Shown here piece by piece: positions 19,823 through 29,034 of a stretch of DNA of 64,000 nucleotides (the stretch's first letter is position 1; each line of letters starts with the position of its first letter). The DNA comes from Chloroflexota bacterium (GTDB taxonomy: Bacteria > Chloroflexota > UBA11872 > VXOZ01), in the NCBI GenBank assembly GCA_965221905.1, contig OZ244922.1, forward strand, positions 960,001-1,024,000. The letters are read 5' to 3'. A program made the position numbers and the translations under genes. The notes below the pieces were generated by a model, which worked only from the letters and a program-made list of their open reading frames with translations, was not told the DNA's origin and made no database searches.

Positions 19823-19958
19823 ATTCCCCCAGCACGCTCAAACCATAAGACGGGCGACAGAGCACCCATGGAGGGCAATAGTTCCCCCCATGCAGGGGCT
19901 CTGCGCTTGTTCTCCTGCCTAGGCTTCCTGTAAAGCGAAGGCTGAGGTATTCATGAAT

Positions 19959-20279
19959 TCAACACTCAGCTTCGCAGTCGCGAAAGCTATAGAGAGCAGG
20001 GCAATTTGCTCCCGTGTAGCAGTCATTCCCTTCTTGCCTCCAGTACCTCGCTTTCTTGGGGAAAACGCAATGGGAGTCGCCGCAGAATCCATCTTCATTT
20101 GACCGGGCAGTTTCACAAAAGTGGCTCCCTCCACAATGATCGGCACGTGCTACAGTGGCAAAACCAGCAGTTAGAACGGCAGCACCGCCCGCTGCTCGGG
20201 CAAGTCTTCCCAGAAATCCACGTCGGTTCATGCTGGCTTTCGCCAGGCTAATACTCGCGTTCGCAATAAGCTTGTCCAT
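19959..20279 (-). CDS. Tat-exported small cysteine-rich protein (8 Cys in predicted 60-aa mature part)
   Basis: NRRGFLG twin-arginine motif, ARA cleavage site, RBS GGGAGG; lies downstream of mauE/mauD-like genes. Confidence 0.85.
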   Translation of the reverse strand: MDKLIANASISLAKASMNRRGFLGRLARAAGGAAVLTAGFATVARADHCGGSHFCETARSNEDGFCGDSHCVFPKKARYWRQEGNDCYTGANCPALYSFRDCEAEC

Positions 20280-20362
20280 GGGTTTTACCTCCCATGCTTT
20301 GCATGCATTGCGTCTCTGATGCGACTCTCGCGTGGGGCGTCGTTACACTTCGCGTGCAGACG

Positions 20363-20935
20363 TCACGCGCTCACATTCTTTGGCAAGCTGCCGGTCGTCA
20401 CATCAGTAGCGAGCAGCTCGCCTAGCACATCCACATTGTTCACCACCCCCTTTCCAGCGACTTTGCCATCGGCATCGACCACGAAACCGTACGGCGTCCA
20501 ACTACTGCCGTACAAGTCGGCTATCTCGTGCTCCTGCTGGATCACCAGCGGACACGAGAGCTTGAATTCTGCAATCATCTCCCGGTTCTGCTCGTGGCTG
20601 CCGCCGCTTACGAGCACTAAGCGCGCGCCACGTTCCTGGATGCGGTCCATCTCCCCATTGAGGCTTCCAAACAGTTCCTTGCAGGGCGGGCAGGTGGGAT
20701 GGACGAACAGCACCAGCAGCCGTTCGCCAACCATGGTCTCCAGGTCAACCGCCCCATTGAGACCCTCTCCCTGGAAGAGCGGCGCTTTGTCACCGACCGC
20801 GATACCGTTCTCGCGCTCTTCCCCGACGCGTAGGCGCAAATCGCCAATCTGCCGCATGAGGCCGATGACGACGAAGGCGAGCAGGCCGATGAGGACCCAT
20901 TGCAACAGGTACGATGCCAGCCAGATGCCTTCCAT
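20363..20935 (-). CDS. MauD-like membrane-anchored thioredoxin/TlpA protein
   Basis: ASYLLQWVLI...LMRQIGDL as in the MauD N-terminus; PTCPPC CxxC; TPYGFVVD..G; RBS AGGAGG before ATG 20935. Confidence 0.88.
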   Translation of the reverse strand: MEGIWLASYLLQWVLIGLLAFVVIGLMRQIGDLRLRVGEERENGIAVGDKAPLFQGEGLNGAVDLETMVGERLLVLFVHPTCPPCKELFGSLNGEMDRIQERGARLVLVSGGSHEQNREMIAEFKLSCPLVIQQEHEIADLYGSSWTPYGFVVDADGKVAGKGVVNNVDVLGELLATDVTTGSLPKNVSA

Positions 20936-20980
20936 GACTTCTGCCTCCTGGTCCACTTTGGCGACCGGTTGCCGTTGATG

Positions 20981-21027
20981 CTTCGACCCTTCGACAAGCT
21001 CAGGACAGGCAAGCTCAGCACGAACGG
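20981..21027. repeat. Nested REP-in-REP element
   Basis: CTTCGAC-[CCTTCGACAAGCTCAGGACAGGC]-AAGCTCAGCACGAACGG. Confidence 0.75.
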
Positions 21028-21120
21028 ATACGCGAATGCTCACCATAGTGTGTTAGAGCCTAGCCCCTCCGCCCCGCCTGGATTCCGGCTTGCGCCGGAA
21101 CGACGGATAGTTGCTTTCCT

Positions 21121-21663
21121 TCAATATGATTGGGAAATAGTGCGCAGCCGCAGCAGTTCGGCGGCGACGAAAGCCACCGCCCACGCCCCGACCACGAACA
21201 AGGTAGCTCCTGCCACGCTGCTGGCGTCCCCAGTGAGGCCGGCCTCCACTAGCCAAGTTGCACCGGCAGTGGGCGCCAGGAGTACAAGCAATGTCAGGAT
21301 GACGACCTGCTTGATGATGGTGGCTTTGCCCAGCGGCTGACGGCCCGCGCCGAAGCAGTAGCAATCGATCCCGCCCCGGCCCTGTGCTAACGCCACGGAC
21401 GAGGCTACGATGAAAGCTGCCACTAGGCTTACGCCCAACCACACACCCCATGCCACGGCAAGGCCCGTGACGAGCAAAGTGCCGCAGATGAGTTCCAATA
21501 CGGGGATCGCGCCACTCACCGGCTGGAGCGCGCGCGCCGGCACAAGACCAAATCCCTGCGCGGCTGCTTTTTACTCGGACAGGTGCAGCAACTTGGCGGG
21601 GGCAGCAAGGAGAAAAACGCCACCCACCAGGAATTGGAGCACGAGCACGCCAGTTGCAAGCAT
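21121..21663 (-). pseudogene. MauE/DoxX family membrane protein interrupted by an in-frame TAA
   Basis: ATG 21663 with GAAGGA RBS: MLATGVLVLQFLVGGVFLLAAPAKLLHLSE*KAAAQGFGLVP...IDCYCFG; stop at 21571-21573. Confidence 0.8.
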
Positions 21664-22159
21664 TAGCCCGTTCCTTCCAGATCGTGAAGGCTCATTCAGA
21701 TGAACCTTCACGATCCCCTACCCCTCTCACGTACATTTGTAGTAGTTCAAATGTAGCATACAATTGACCAAAGTCAAGCAATAAGACATCGAAAATAGTA
21801 ACAACATGTCACATACGCAAAAAACCTCCGATTACTTTTACAGAGCACGTAGCGGGCAAACACGTCAGGCGTCCGCCATGCTAATTTTCCACTTCCGTTG
21901 CCGGCTAGCGCAGATTAGTCCCAGTGCCCTGTGTGCGATCGCCAATAAAGAGACGCCTACAGCGAATGCGTAGTATCCTAAGGGAAGAAATCTGTTATCC
22001 GTCCGAAGGCAAGAGTCACGCACGGCTATGACTGTGGAACAAGACGGTATACGCGCGTGACTCTTGTGTCTACGAAAGCGAGTTAGCGGTTAATGGTTAG
22101 TCACAGAGCTAACCAAACTGTCATACTTCGGTTCAGATTGGTAAAAAGCGTAAGACTGC

Positions 22160-22918
22160 ATGCGTGCACAGGGTTCGGCAAATCGCGACCGTTTCGATGA
22201 ACTCTATCTGGCGACATACGCCGACTTGACCGGCGACCGTTACACGGTGCCGGAGGTGGAGGCTATCGAGCGGTTGCTGGAGCTGCGGCCGGGGTCGACC
22301 TTGCTTGATCTGGCGTGCGGACAGGGCCGCCATCTCATTCACCTGGCGATCCAGGGCTATTCCGTGATCGGGTTGGACCGCTCAGACGTGCTCATGCGCC
22401 AGGCATACAAGGACGGGCAGATACGCGGTTTGGACGTCAACCTTGTGCAGGGCGACATGCGCGCGCTGCCGTTCGACTGCGCGTTCGACGGTGTCGTCAA
22501 TTGGTTTACGGCGCTTGGATACTTGGAGAGCGATGAAGAAGACCAGAAGGTGCTGAACGACGTGGCGGCGGTGTTGCGTCCCGGCGGCCGTTTCGTGATG
22601 GAGATGGCTAATCCGATTCAGACCTACCAGAAGCAGGCCTGGGAGGACTCGGAGATGGCATCCACCGGCTACGCCATGGTGAATAGGAATCGCATGGACT
22701 ACGAGACGGGATGCCAACACACGAGCCGCGTCATAATTACGCCTGATGGCGAGCGCATCGAGCGCGAACTCAAGGTGCGCGTCTACCTGCCGCATGAGCT
22801 CGAGCGCATGCTGAATATTGCCGGCATGGAACGGCTCGGCTTCTTCGGCAGCCTGGATGGTGAGCCGCTGGCGCCGGAAAGCAGCCGTCTTATCCTTACC
22901 GCCAGGCGGATGGCATAA
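22160..22918 (+). CDS. Class I SAM-dependent methyltransferase
   Basis: LLDLACGQGRH, GLDRS, QGDMR, FTALGY and LRPGGRF. Confidence 0.93.
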   Translation: MRAQGSANRDRFDELYLATYADLTGDRYTVPEVEAIERLLELRPGSTLLDLACGQGRHLIHLAIQGYSVIGLDRSDVLMRQAYKDGQIRGLDVNLVQGDMRALPFDCAFDGVVNWFTALGYLESDEEDQKVLNDVAAVLRPGGRFVMEMANPIQTYQKQAWEDSEMASTGYAMVNRNRMDYETGCQHTSRVIITPDGERIERELKVRVYLPHELERMLNIAGMERLGFFGSLDGEPLAPESSRLILTARRMA

Positions 22919-23005
22919 CCGGACGAAGTAGATGAGACCGGCGCATCGGAAGAAAAATGCGGCGGCTTGCGAGCAAAATTTGATGCGGTGACTGGCGAGG
23001 AATAG

Positions 23006-23485
23006 ATGCTACAGCGTCCTATGGTGTGGAAATCGCTCTTATACGGTGGCGGGATGGGGCTGGCGGTGCTGCTGCTGGTTGGCATTCCCAGCGGCGTAAT
23101 CCCGAACCAATTCTTCGTCCGCCCGCTCGATGCGCGGCCCACGGACTACCTCTTCCTTGGCATCATTACTGCCTTGGCGGTTGTGCTGGGCGCGACGTAC
23201 GGCGTGCCGACGGTCTGCCCGCCTCAGGATACGAAAGCGCTCGGCAGTGGGCTGCTGCTTTTCATCGGTGTCGGCTGTCCGGTCTGCAACAAAGTGGTGC
23301 TTGCCTTGGCAGGCGCCAGCGGCGCGTTGACCTATTTTGAGCCGATCCAGCCGCTCTTTTCGCTTGGTTCTATCGTCTTGATGAGCGTCGCGCTCGTGCT
23401 ACGCGTGCGTGACATTAGACGCTCGACAGGAATTGGACAACCTGCGGCTGCAGCGATACAGCCGTCACCGCCTCCCCGCCAGTGA
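23006..23485 (+). CDS. Membrane protein with GCPVCNK motif
   Basis: About 4 hydrophobic segments; IPNQFFVR and GCPVCNKVVLAL.GASGALTYFEPIQP. Confidence 0.8.
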   Translation: MLQRPMVWKSLLYGGGMGLAVLLLVGIPSGVIPNQFFVRPLDARPTDYLFLGIITALAVVLGATYGVPTVCPPQDTKALGSGLLLFIGVGCPVCNKVVLALAGASGALTYFEPIQPLFSLGSIVLMSVALVLRVRDIRRSTGIGQPAAAAIQPSPPPRQ

Positions 23486-23561
23486 CGCTTTTTCCACCTC
23501 TGAGCTAATGCCGTAGCACGACAGGTGCGACTACGTCGCTATTTCCATCACGAGGGACCAT

Positions 23562-25421
23562 ATGACGATGGGACGATCCAGACACGCTCTAGCCTATTTG
23601 CTTCTCTTTGCGCTTGCGACCATTCTCGCGTTGACCGCGTGTGCAACTGCCGAGCCGGCAACCACGCCGAGCCCAACTCCGCAACCGACCACCGAAACCG
23701 CTCAGCCTGCAACGCCTGTCCCCAATCCGACGCCCCAGGTGTTTCGTCTCACAATTTTACATAACAACGATGGTGAATCGCAGTTGATCAATGCCGGAAG
23801 GGGTCTTGAGGACTTCGGCGGCGCGGCTCGCTTTGCCGCGCTGGTGGCGAAACTGCGACAGGAAGCGCAAGAGAGCGGCAGTGGCGTGTTGGTGCTCTCG
23901 GCCGGTGATAATTTTCGGGCGGGCCCGGAGTTCAGCGCTAGCCTGGCGCGCAGGTCCGCGCCCTTCTACGACATTATTGCCCTCGATCTGATTGGCTACG
24001 ACGCAATCGTGCTGGGAAACCATGAGTTCGATTTCGGCCCGGACGTCTTGGCAGATGCAATTCGCGGTTCCTCATCCCAGGCCCCATTTCTCAGCGCTAA
24101 CCTGGACTTCAGCGGCGAACCGCGCCTGGCCGAACTGGTAGCTACAGGGCGCATTGCCAGCAGCACTATCCTTGCAGTTGGTGGTGAGCGCGTCGGCGTG
24201 ATCGGCGCCACCACGCCGGGGCTGCCCTATCTATCTAGTCCGCGCAACGTGCGGGTGGCGCAAGACGTGGCGGCGGTCGTCCAGCGCGAAATCGACGCGC
24301 TGCAAGCGGCGGGCGTGAACAAGATCATCGTCGTGAGTCACTTGCAGGGCGTTGCGGGCGATCTTGCGCTTGCTGCCGCGCTGCGTGGAGTGGACGTAAT
24401 GATCGCCGGAGGCGGCGATGAGCTGCTGGCGAACGCAGGCAATCTGTTGCTTCCAGGTGATAGGGAAGAAATATTCGGCCCGTATCCGCTGCTGGTCCCG
24501 GATGCTGACGGTAGGAACGTACCGGTGGGGGTTGCGCCCGGACGGTACACCTACGTGGGTCGTTTGATTGTTGAATTCGATACAAGTGGAGTCGTCACGG
24601 CGATTGATCCCGCCAGCGGGCCGATGCGCGTGGTAGGGGGTGATTACCCCGATGCCGTGGAACCTCATGCGGCAGTGCAGGAGCAGGTAGTGGCGCCGGT
24701 GGCGGACTTCATCGGGGCGCTGGCACGAACTCCGGTCGGTATCGCGGAAGTGCCCTTGGACGGTCAGCGCCGTTCAGTGCGCTCGCGCGAGACCAATCAG
24801 GGCAATCTCATTGCCGACGCGCTGCTCTGGCAAGCCAACGTATTGGCTGACCGCTACAACGTCCCGGCGGCGCACGTGGCGCTGCAAAACGGCGGAGGCA
24901 TTCGCAACGACACCGTGATTCCACCAGGCACGCTGTACGAACTCGATGTCTTTAGCATGGCCCCGTTCTCGAATTTCCTTGCAATCGTCCCGGACGTGCC
25001 GGTGGAGCAGTTCAAGGAGATTCTTGAGAATGCCGTTTCGCGGGTCGAGCGCGGCGATGGCCGCTTTCCGCAGATTGCCGGTTTCACTATGACCTGGGAT
25101 CCGAACGGTACCGCACAGGCGCTCGATGACGACGGGCAGGTGGTCACGCCCGGCACGCGTATACGCAGCGTGCAACTTGCCGACGGCACGTGGCTGGTGC
25201 AGGATGGCGACCTTGTGGCCGATGCCGGACCGGTGCACGTGGCGACGCTCGACTTCCTCGCGCGCGGCGGCGACGAGTACCCGTTCCGCGGCGCGGCGTT
25301 CGTCACACTTGGGGTCACGTATCAGCAGGTCGTTGCTAACTACATCGTCCAGGGGCTCGGCGGCGTCGTGTCGGCGGAGCGCTATCCCGCAGGCGGCGAG
25401 GGCCGCATCCGTTCGCCTTGA
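23562..25421 (+). CDS. Bifunctional metallophosphatase/5'-nucleotidase lipoprotein
   Basis: LTAC lipobox, TILHNND, SAGDN, LGNHEFD, NGGGIR and FLARGGDEY. Confidence 0.93.
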   Translation: MTMGRSRHALAYLLLFALATILALTACATAEPATTPSPTPQPTTETAQPATPVPNPTPQVFRLTILHNNDGESQLINAGRGLEDFGGAARFAALVAKLRQEAQESGSGVLVLSAGDNFRAGPEFSASLARRSAPFYDIIALDLIGYDAIVLGNHEFDFGPDVLADAIRGSSSQAPFLSANLDFSGEPRLAELVATGRIASSTILAVGGERVGVIGATTPGLPYLSSPRNVRVAQDVAAVVQREIDALQAAGVNKIIVVSHLQGVAGDLALAAALRGVDVMIAGGGDELLANAGNLLLPGDREEIFGPYPLLVPDADGRNVPVGVAPGRYTYVGRLIVEFDTSGVVTAIDPASGPMRVVGGDYPDAVEPHAAVQEQVVAPVADFIGALARTPVGIAEVPLDGQRRSVRSRETNQGNLIADALLWQANVLADRYNVPAAHVALQNGGGIRNDTVIPPGTLYELDVFSMAPFSNFLAIVPDVPVEQFKEILENAVSRVERGDGRFPQIAGFTMTWDPNGTAQALDDDGQVVTPGTRIRSVQLADGTWLVQDGDLVADAGPVHVATLDFLARGGDEYPFRGAAFVTLGVTYQQVVANYIVQGLGGVVSAERYPAGGEGRIRSP

Positions 25422-25538
25422 TCCAGGCCACGGGCGGGCTTACTCTCCCCATGAAGTAGCAGATGGGATGGTTCCCTCTAGATGGGAACCATCCCATTGT
25501 GCATTTTCTCTCATTCGCTTTCGAGGAGCGGGAGAAAC

Positions 25539-26705
25539 TTACTCGGTAGAGCAATTGGGGTAGTTGTCTCGCTCGGGCTCAGTAGTTGCCGGATAGGGCG
25601 GCCCGATGGTAATGCGTTCGAAGAAGCCCTCATCGGCAGCGGTCACGTTGCACCAGTAGAAGCCGAGGGCCTGGAAGGTGGGCCAATTCGGTATGTGCCA
25701 CCACTGCTGGAGGGAGGCATCGTAAGCGAAGATGCGGTCATCGCCGCCGTCGAAGCGACGCGCGAGCATGTTCGGCTCAGGCAAGCGGTCATCCAAGGGT
25801 ACAGCGGCGAGCACTGCTGTTGGCACCGTGTACTGGGTGTTGACGACATTCCAGTCGATGGCATGGATCAGCGGGCTGGTGGGCGAGACCCAGCGGCGGA
25901 CGACGCGGTTGTCGCCCTCATGGCGGACGATGATATAGGTCTGGCCGAGGGGAGTGTCGCGGATGACGCCGACGAGGATGACTCGAGAGCCGTCCATAGA
26001 GACCCAGCCGATCCCAAGTTCGAGAGTACCGTCGGGCTGGCCGTGAAGGTCTATGCGGAGTTTGTCGCCGGGCAGAACGGTGGCGGTAGCAGCGCTGGTG
26101 CTGCCAATGACGGGATTTGGTGTGGGTGCACCCCGTGATGTAGCCCGTGGCGCAGGCGAATTCCCATCAGGCTGCCGGCTATCACGCCGCTCAAGTACCC
26201 GGACACTTGCTTCGGAAGGACCTCCGACATTGTAGCCGTCGCCAGGTAAGACGGTAACTGTTAATGTCCGGCCCGCTAAGACCTGTGTTCCCGTGTCCGG
26301 GCCAGTGACCACACTTATACGTGCAATCTCTGCGGGGGTAGCATTGTCAATGAGTCGTAGCTCTGTATCATGTGAATTAAAGTATGACGGTCCTTGAACT
26401 GTGAATCGAACGTTGATTGTGACTCCATCGGCAGGTACACTGCTGGCTGAGAAAACAAAGGGGATCTCTTGCCCTTCCGTCACAGTGCTAACCGAGGAGC
26501 GAACCGTTACGGAGGGTAGTTCATCTGTCTGGGCCCGCGCAGGCATCGCCACGACAATGTAGAGAATGACTGCGAAGAGGAAGGGGATTACCAACCAGGT
26601 TGACAAAAGCCCTACCCGGGCACTAATCCCATTCTGCAGTTTTGCAGTTGGATCAACGTGCAATAGCTTCATCATAGAGATCGAAACCATTAATGAGTAC
26701 GACAC
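25539..26705 (-). CDS. Secreted protein with Calx-beta/Ig-like domain and uncharacterised C-terminal domain (start uncertain)
   Basis: Signal-like ..AMPARAQ; TVTEG...PGDGYNVGGPSEASVRV; Pro/Thr linker; Trp-rich C-terminus. Confidence 0.7.
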   Translation of the reverse strand: MSYSLMVSISMMKLLHVDPTAKLQNGISARVGLLSTWLVIPFLFAVILYIVVAMPARAQTDELPSVTVRSSVSTVTEGQEIPFVFSASSVPADGVTINVRFTVQGPSYFNSHDTELRLIDNATPAEIARISVVTGPDTGTQVLAGRTLTVTVLPGDGYNVGGPSEASVRVLERRDSRQPDGNSPAPRATSRGAPTPNPVIGSTSAATATVLPGDKLRIDLHGQPDGTLELGIGWVSMDGSRVILVGVIRDTPLGQTYIIVRHEGDNRVVRRWVSPTSPLIHAIDWNVVNTQYTVPTAVLAAVPLDDRLPEPNMLARRFDGGDDRIFAYDASLQQWWHIPNWPTFQALGFYWCNVTAADEGFFERITIGPPYPATTEPERDNYPNCSTE

Positions 26706-26720
26706 AAAACAATGCTAGCA

Positions 26721-26751
26721 TGTATCAAATATTGACACAATATTTGATACA
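26721..26751. promoter_or_regulatory. Perfect 14-bp inverted repeat, probable operator
   Basis: TGTATCAAATATTG-ACA-CAATATTTGATACA immediately upstream of the 25539-26705 ORF. Confidence 0.7.
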
Positions 26752-26878
26752 AACCCACTAGAGATTGTTTGACAAGAATGTGTTCAATTGGGCCTTGCGG
26801 CTCCAAGCCAATCTTGGCGACTCAGGCTAGCCTGAGTGGGACACATTGATTGCCATTGACCGCTTTCCAGAATAGAAC

Positions 26879-26905
26879 GCAGGCCTCCATATCTGGAGAC
26901 CTGCG
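26879..26905 (-). terminator. Hairpin downstream of the small ORF
   Basis: CGCAGG.CTCCA-TATC-TGGAG.CCTGCG; minus-strand tail TTCTATTC. Confidence 0.5.
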
Positions 26906-26985
26906 TGCCGCAAGCGTAAACATCAAGTGCCAGTCGTTAAGTCGGAATGACGAGTCTAGTTTCGGCCCTGAAAGCTCGTAGATGG

Positions 26986-27225
26986 CTATTCGATAGTTAT
27001 CCGCTCGGCCTTGGTTTTATCGTCTTTGGCGCGGGTCTCGACCCGGATTTCCACGCCGCGGCGGATGAAGTCGAGGATAGCGTTCGCCTTTTGGCTAAGC
27101 GTCTCCTGCAAGTTCTCAAACGCATCGCCGGGCGAGTTGCGCAGCTCGATGGTGACGCGGAAGAATGGCTGCTCCGCCGGGCCCTTGTGGGCATCCCCGT
27201 TGCCGTTATTGGGTGTATTCTCCAT
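26986..27225 (-). CDS. Small hypothetical protein (79 aa)
   Basis: ATG 27225 with GAAAGGGG RBS, AT-rich upstream region and downstream hairpin. Confidence 0.65.
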   Translation of the reverse strand: MENTPNNGNGDAHKGPAEQPFFRVTIELRNSPGDAFENLQETLSQKANAILDFIRRGVEIRVETRAKDDKTKAERITIE

Positions 27226-27449
27226 GACAATGAACCCCTTTCTTGTCGGTGCTGCCAGGTGGTATGTGCCGCTCAAACGCACTCTACCTGCGAGATCTTC
27301 AGGGCGTCACTCGATTAACCATCCGGTAGCAACTGGTTATCAAATTTCTTAATTCAATTATAACCATATCAAGATATATGATGCAAGAGATTTCAAAGAT
27401 ATTCTTTAAAGAAATGTATGTATAGGTGTAGCATCCACCAAGAAGACGC

Positions 27450-28190
27450 TTATTCTGCGAATAGATCGATCCTTACGGCTTCGACTCTGGCGAGGACTGC
27501 CGCCGCTTCTTGCTCCAGGGAAAGTTGGCTGGTGTCGAGCACGATGGCATCGGGCGGTTGTGCAAGCGGCGCCGTCTCTCGACTGCTGTCAATCTGGTCG
27601 CGGCCAGCGAGGTTCCGGGCGATGTCGTTGGAGGAGATTTCCGTCCCCCGTCCTGCGAGCTCCTGTTGGCGGCGCTGCGCGCGGGTGGCGAGATCGGCCT
27701 GGAGAAATACTTTCACCTCGGCTTCCGGACAGACCACGGTGCCGATATCGCGTCCCACCATCACCACGCTCTTCTGTCGGGCCAGGCGCTGTTGCAGGGG
27801 AAGCAGCGCGGCACGCGCTTCAGGCTGCGCTGCGACCTGCGACACATTCGCATCAACTGCGGGCGAACGGATCGCCCAGGTGACGTCTTCAGTGCCGAGC
27901 AAGAGCGTGAACTGGCGGTCATCGGCGGGTCGTGTTCTGGCGCGTCGCCTACCGGGGACAGTAGGCGGCTCTATGCGGACATCCAGCGTGCCTGCGAGCG
28001 CAGCCAGCGCGGGACCATCCTCCACGGAAACCTGCCCGCGCAAAGCAGCCAAGGTCAGGACGCGGTAGAAAACGCCGGTGTCTACGAAGAGGTAGCCGAG
28101 CCGGGCAGCGAGGAGGCTGCCCAAGGCGCTTTTGCCCGAACCGGCGGTACCGTCGATGGCGATCGTGAGGCGAGGTTCATTATTGGTCAC
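27450..28190 (-). CDS. cmk: Cytidylate kinase
   Basis: IAIDGTAGSGKS, DTGVFYR, MVGRDIGTVVCP and RDQIDSSRETAPL. Confidence 0.95.
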   Translation of the reverse strand: MTNNEPRLTIAIDGTAGSGKSALGSLLAARLGYLFVDTGVFYRVLTLAALRGQVSVEDGPALAALAGTLDVRIEPPTVPGRRRARTRPADDRQFTLLLGTEDVTWAIRSPAVDANVSQVAAQPEARAALLPLQQRLARQKSVVMVGRDIGTVVCPEAEVKVFLQADLATRAQRRQQELAGRGTEISSNDIARNLAGRDQIDSSRETAPLAQPPDAIVLDTSQLSLEQEAAAVLARVEAVRIDLFAE

Positions 28191-29034
28191 GATTGCGATT
28201 TCCTACTGCGCCGCTGACGTGCGATGGGTCATCGCTCCCTCGTGCATTCGAGGTGGCGGGAGTCTCACCCCTGCTGTGCGGTGCGGGTGCAAAGGCTTTG
28301 CGTTCCGAGTCTGGGGATTGCGGCGATTCGCGCCAGTGCTCGATCTCGGCTTCAGTCAGCGGTCGCAATTGACCTGGGCCCAGGTTTCCCAGACTTACCG
28401 GCCCAATGCGGATGCGGATCAGGCGCCCGGCGTGTTTGCCGATCGCCGCGAGCATCTGGCGAATCTGCCGCTTGCGCCCCTCGGTTAGGGTCAGCGAGAC
28501 CCACGTGTCTTCGCCTTCGCGATCCATCATCCGAACGGCGACCGGCTTGAGCCGATAGCCGTCAATGGTCATCGGCGCTCGCAGCGCGGTCCGCTGTTGA
28601 GCGGTCAGCGTACCGTACACGAGGACATTGTACTGTTTCTCGCCGCCGTAACGCGGATGCGCGACTCGATTCGCCCACTCGCCGTCGTCCGTAAAGAGGA
28701 GTAGCCCTTCGCTCCGATAGTCCAAACGACCCACGGGCGCCAAGTGCGCGCAGTTGGCGGGCAGCAGGTCGTATACGGTGCGCCGGCCATGGGGGTCGCC
28801 GCGCGTGGTCAGGAACCCGGTCGGTTTGTGCAGAGCCAGGTAGGTGGACGCGGCCGGCGGAGCGACTTTCCTGCCGTCCACCATTACTGTGTCGAGCTCG
28901 GGACTCACCTTTGAGCCAAGCTCCGTAATTGTCTTTCCGTTTACGGTTACCTGACCCTGGGTAATCAAACGCTCTGCGCGGCGGCGGGATGCTACGCCAC
29001 AGCGAGCAAGGTATTTTTGTAAGCGTTCCTGCAT
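28180..29034 (-). CDS. rluB: rRNA pseudouridine synthase (RluB/RsuA family)
   Basis: MQERLQKYLA..GVASRR S4 domain, VGRLDY.SEGLLL.TDDG and EGRKRQIR; ATG 29034. Confidence 0.9.
   Translation of the reverse strand: MQERLQKYLARCGVASRRRAERLITQGQVTVNGKTITELGSKVSPELDTVMVDGRKVAPPAASTYLALHKPTGFLTTRGDPHGRRTVYDLLPANCAHLAPVGRLDYRSEGLLLFTDDGEWANRVAHPRYGGEKQYNVLVYGTLTAQQRTALRAPMTIDGYRLKPVAVRMMDREGEDTWVSLTLTEGRKRQIRQMLAAIGKHAGRLIRIRIGPVSLGNLGPGQLRPLTEAEIEHWRESPQSPDSERKAFAPAPHSRGETPATSNARGSDDPSHVSGAVGNRNRDQ

Noticed and set aside
19959-20279. Methylamine dehydrogenase light chain (mauA)
   Set aside because: The mature region is about half the expected size with only one Trp, and there is no mauB or mauG in the window.
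20936-21046. N-terminal extension of the MauD-like ORF in the ORF track
   Set aside because: It is translated REP sequence (ACPELVEG), and a strong RBS precedes ATG 20935.
21571-21573. Selenocysteine or pyrrolysine recoding
   Set aside because: The stop is TAA, not TGA or TAG.
21850-21910. c-di-GMP-I riboswitch (GGCAAAC)
   Set aside because: It lacks the following GNRA hairpin and GCAAAG elements.
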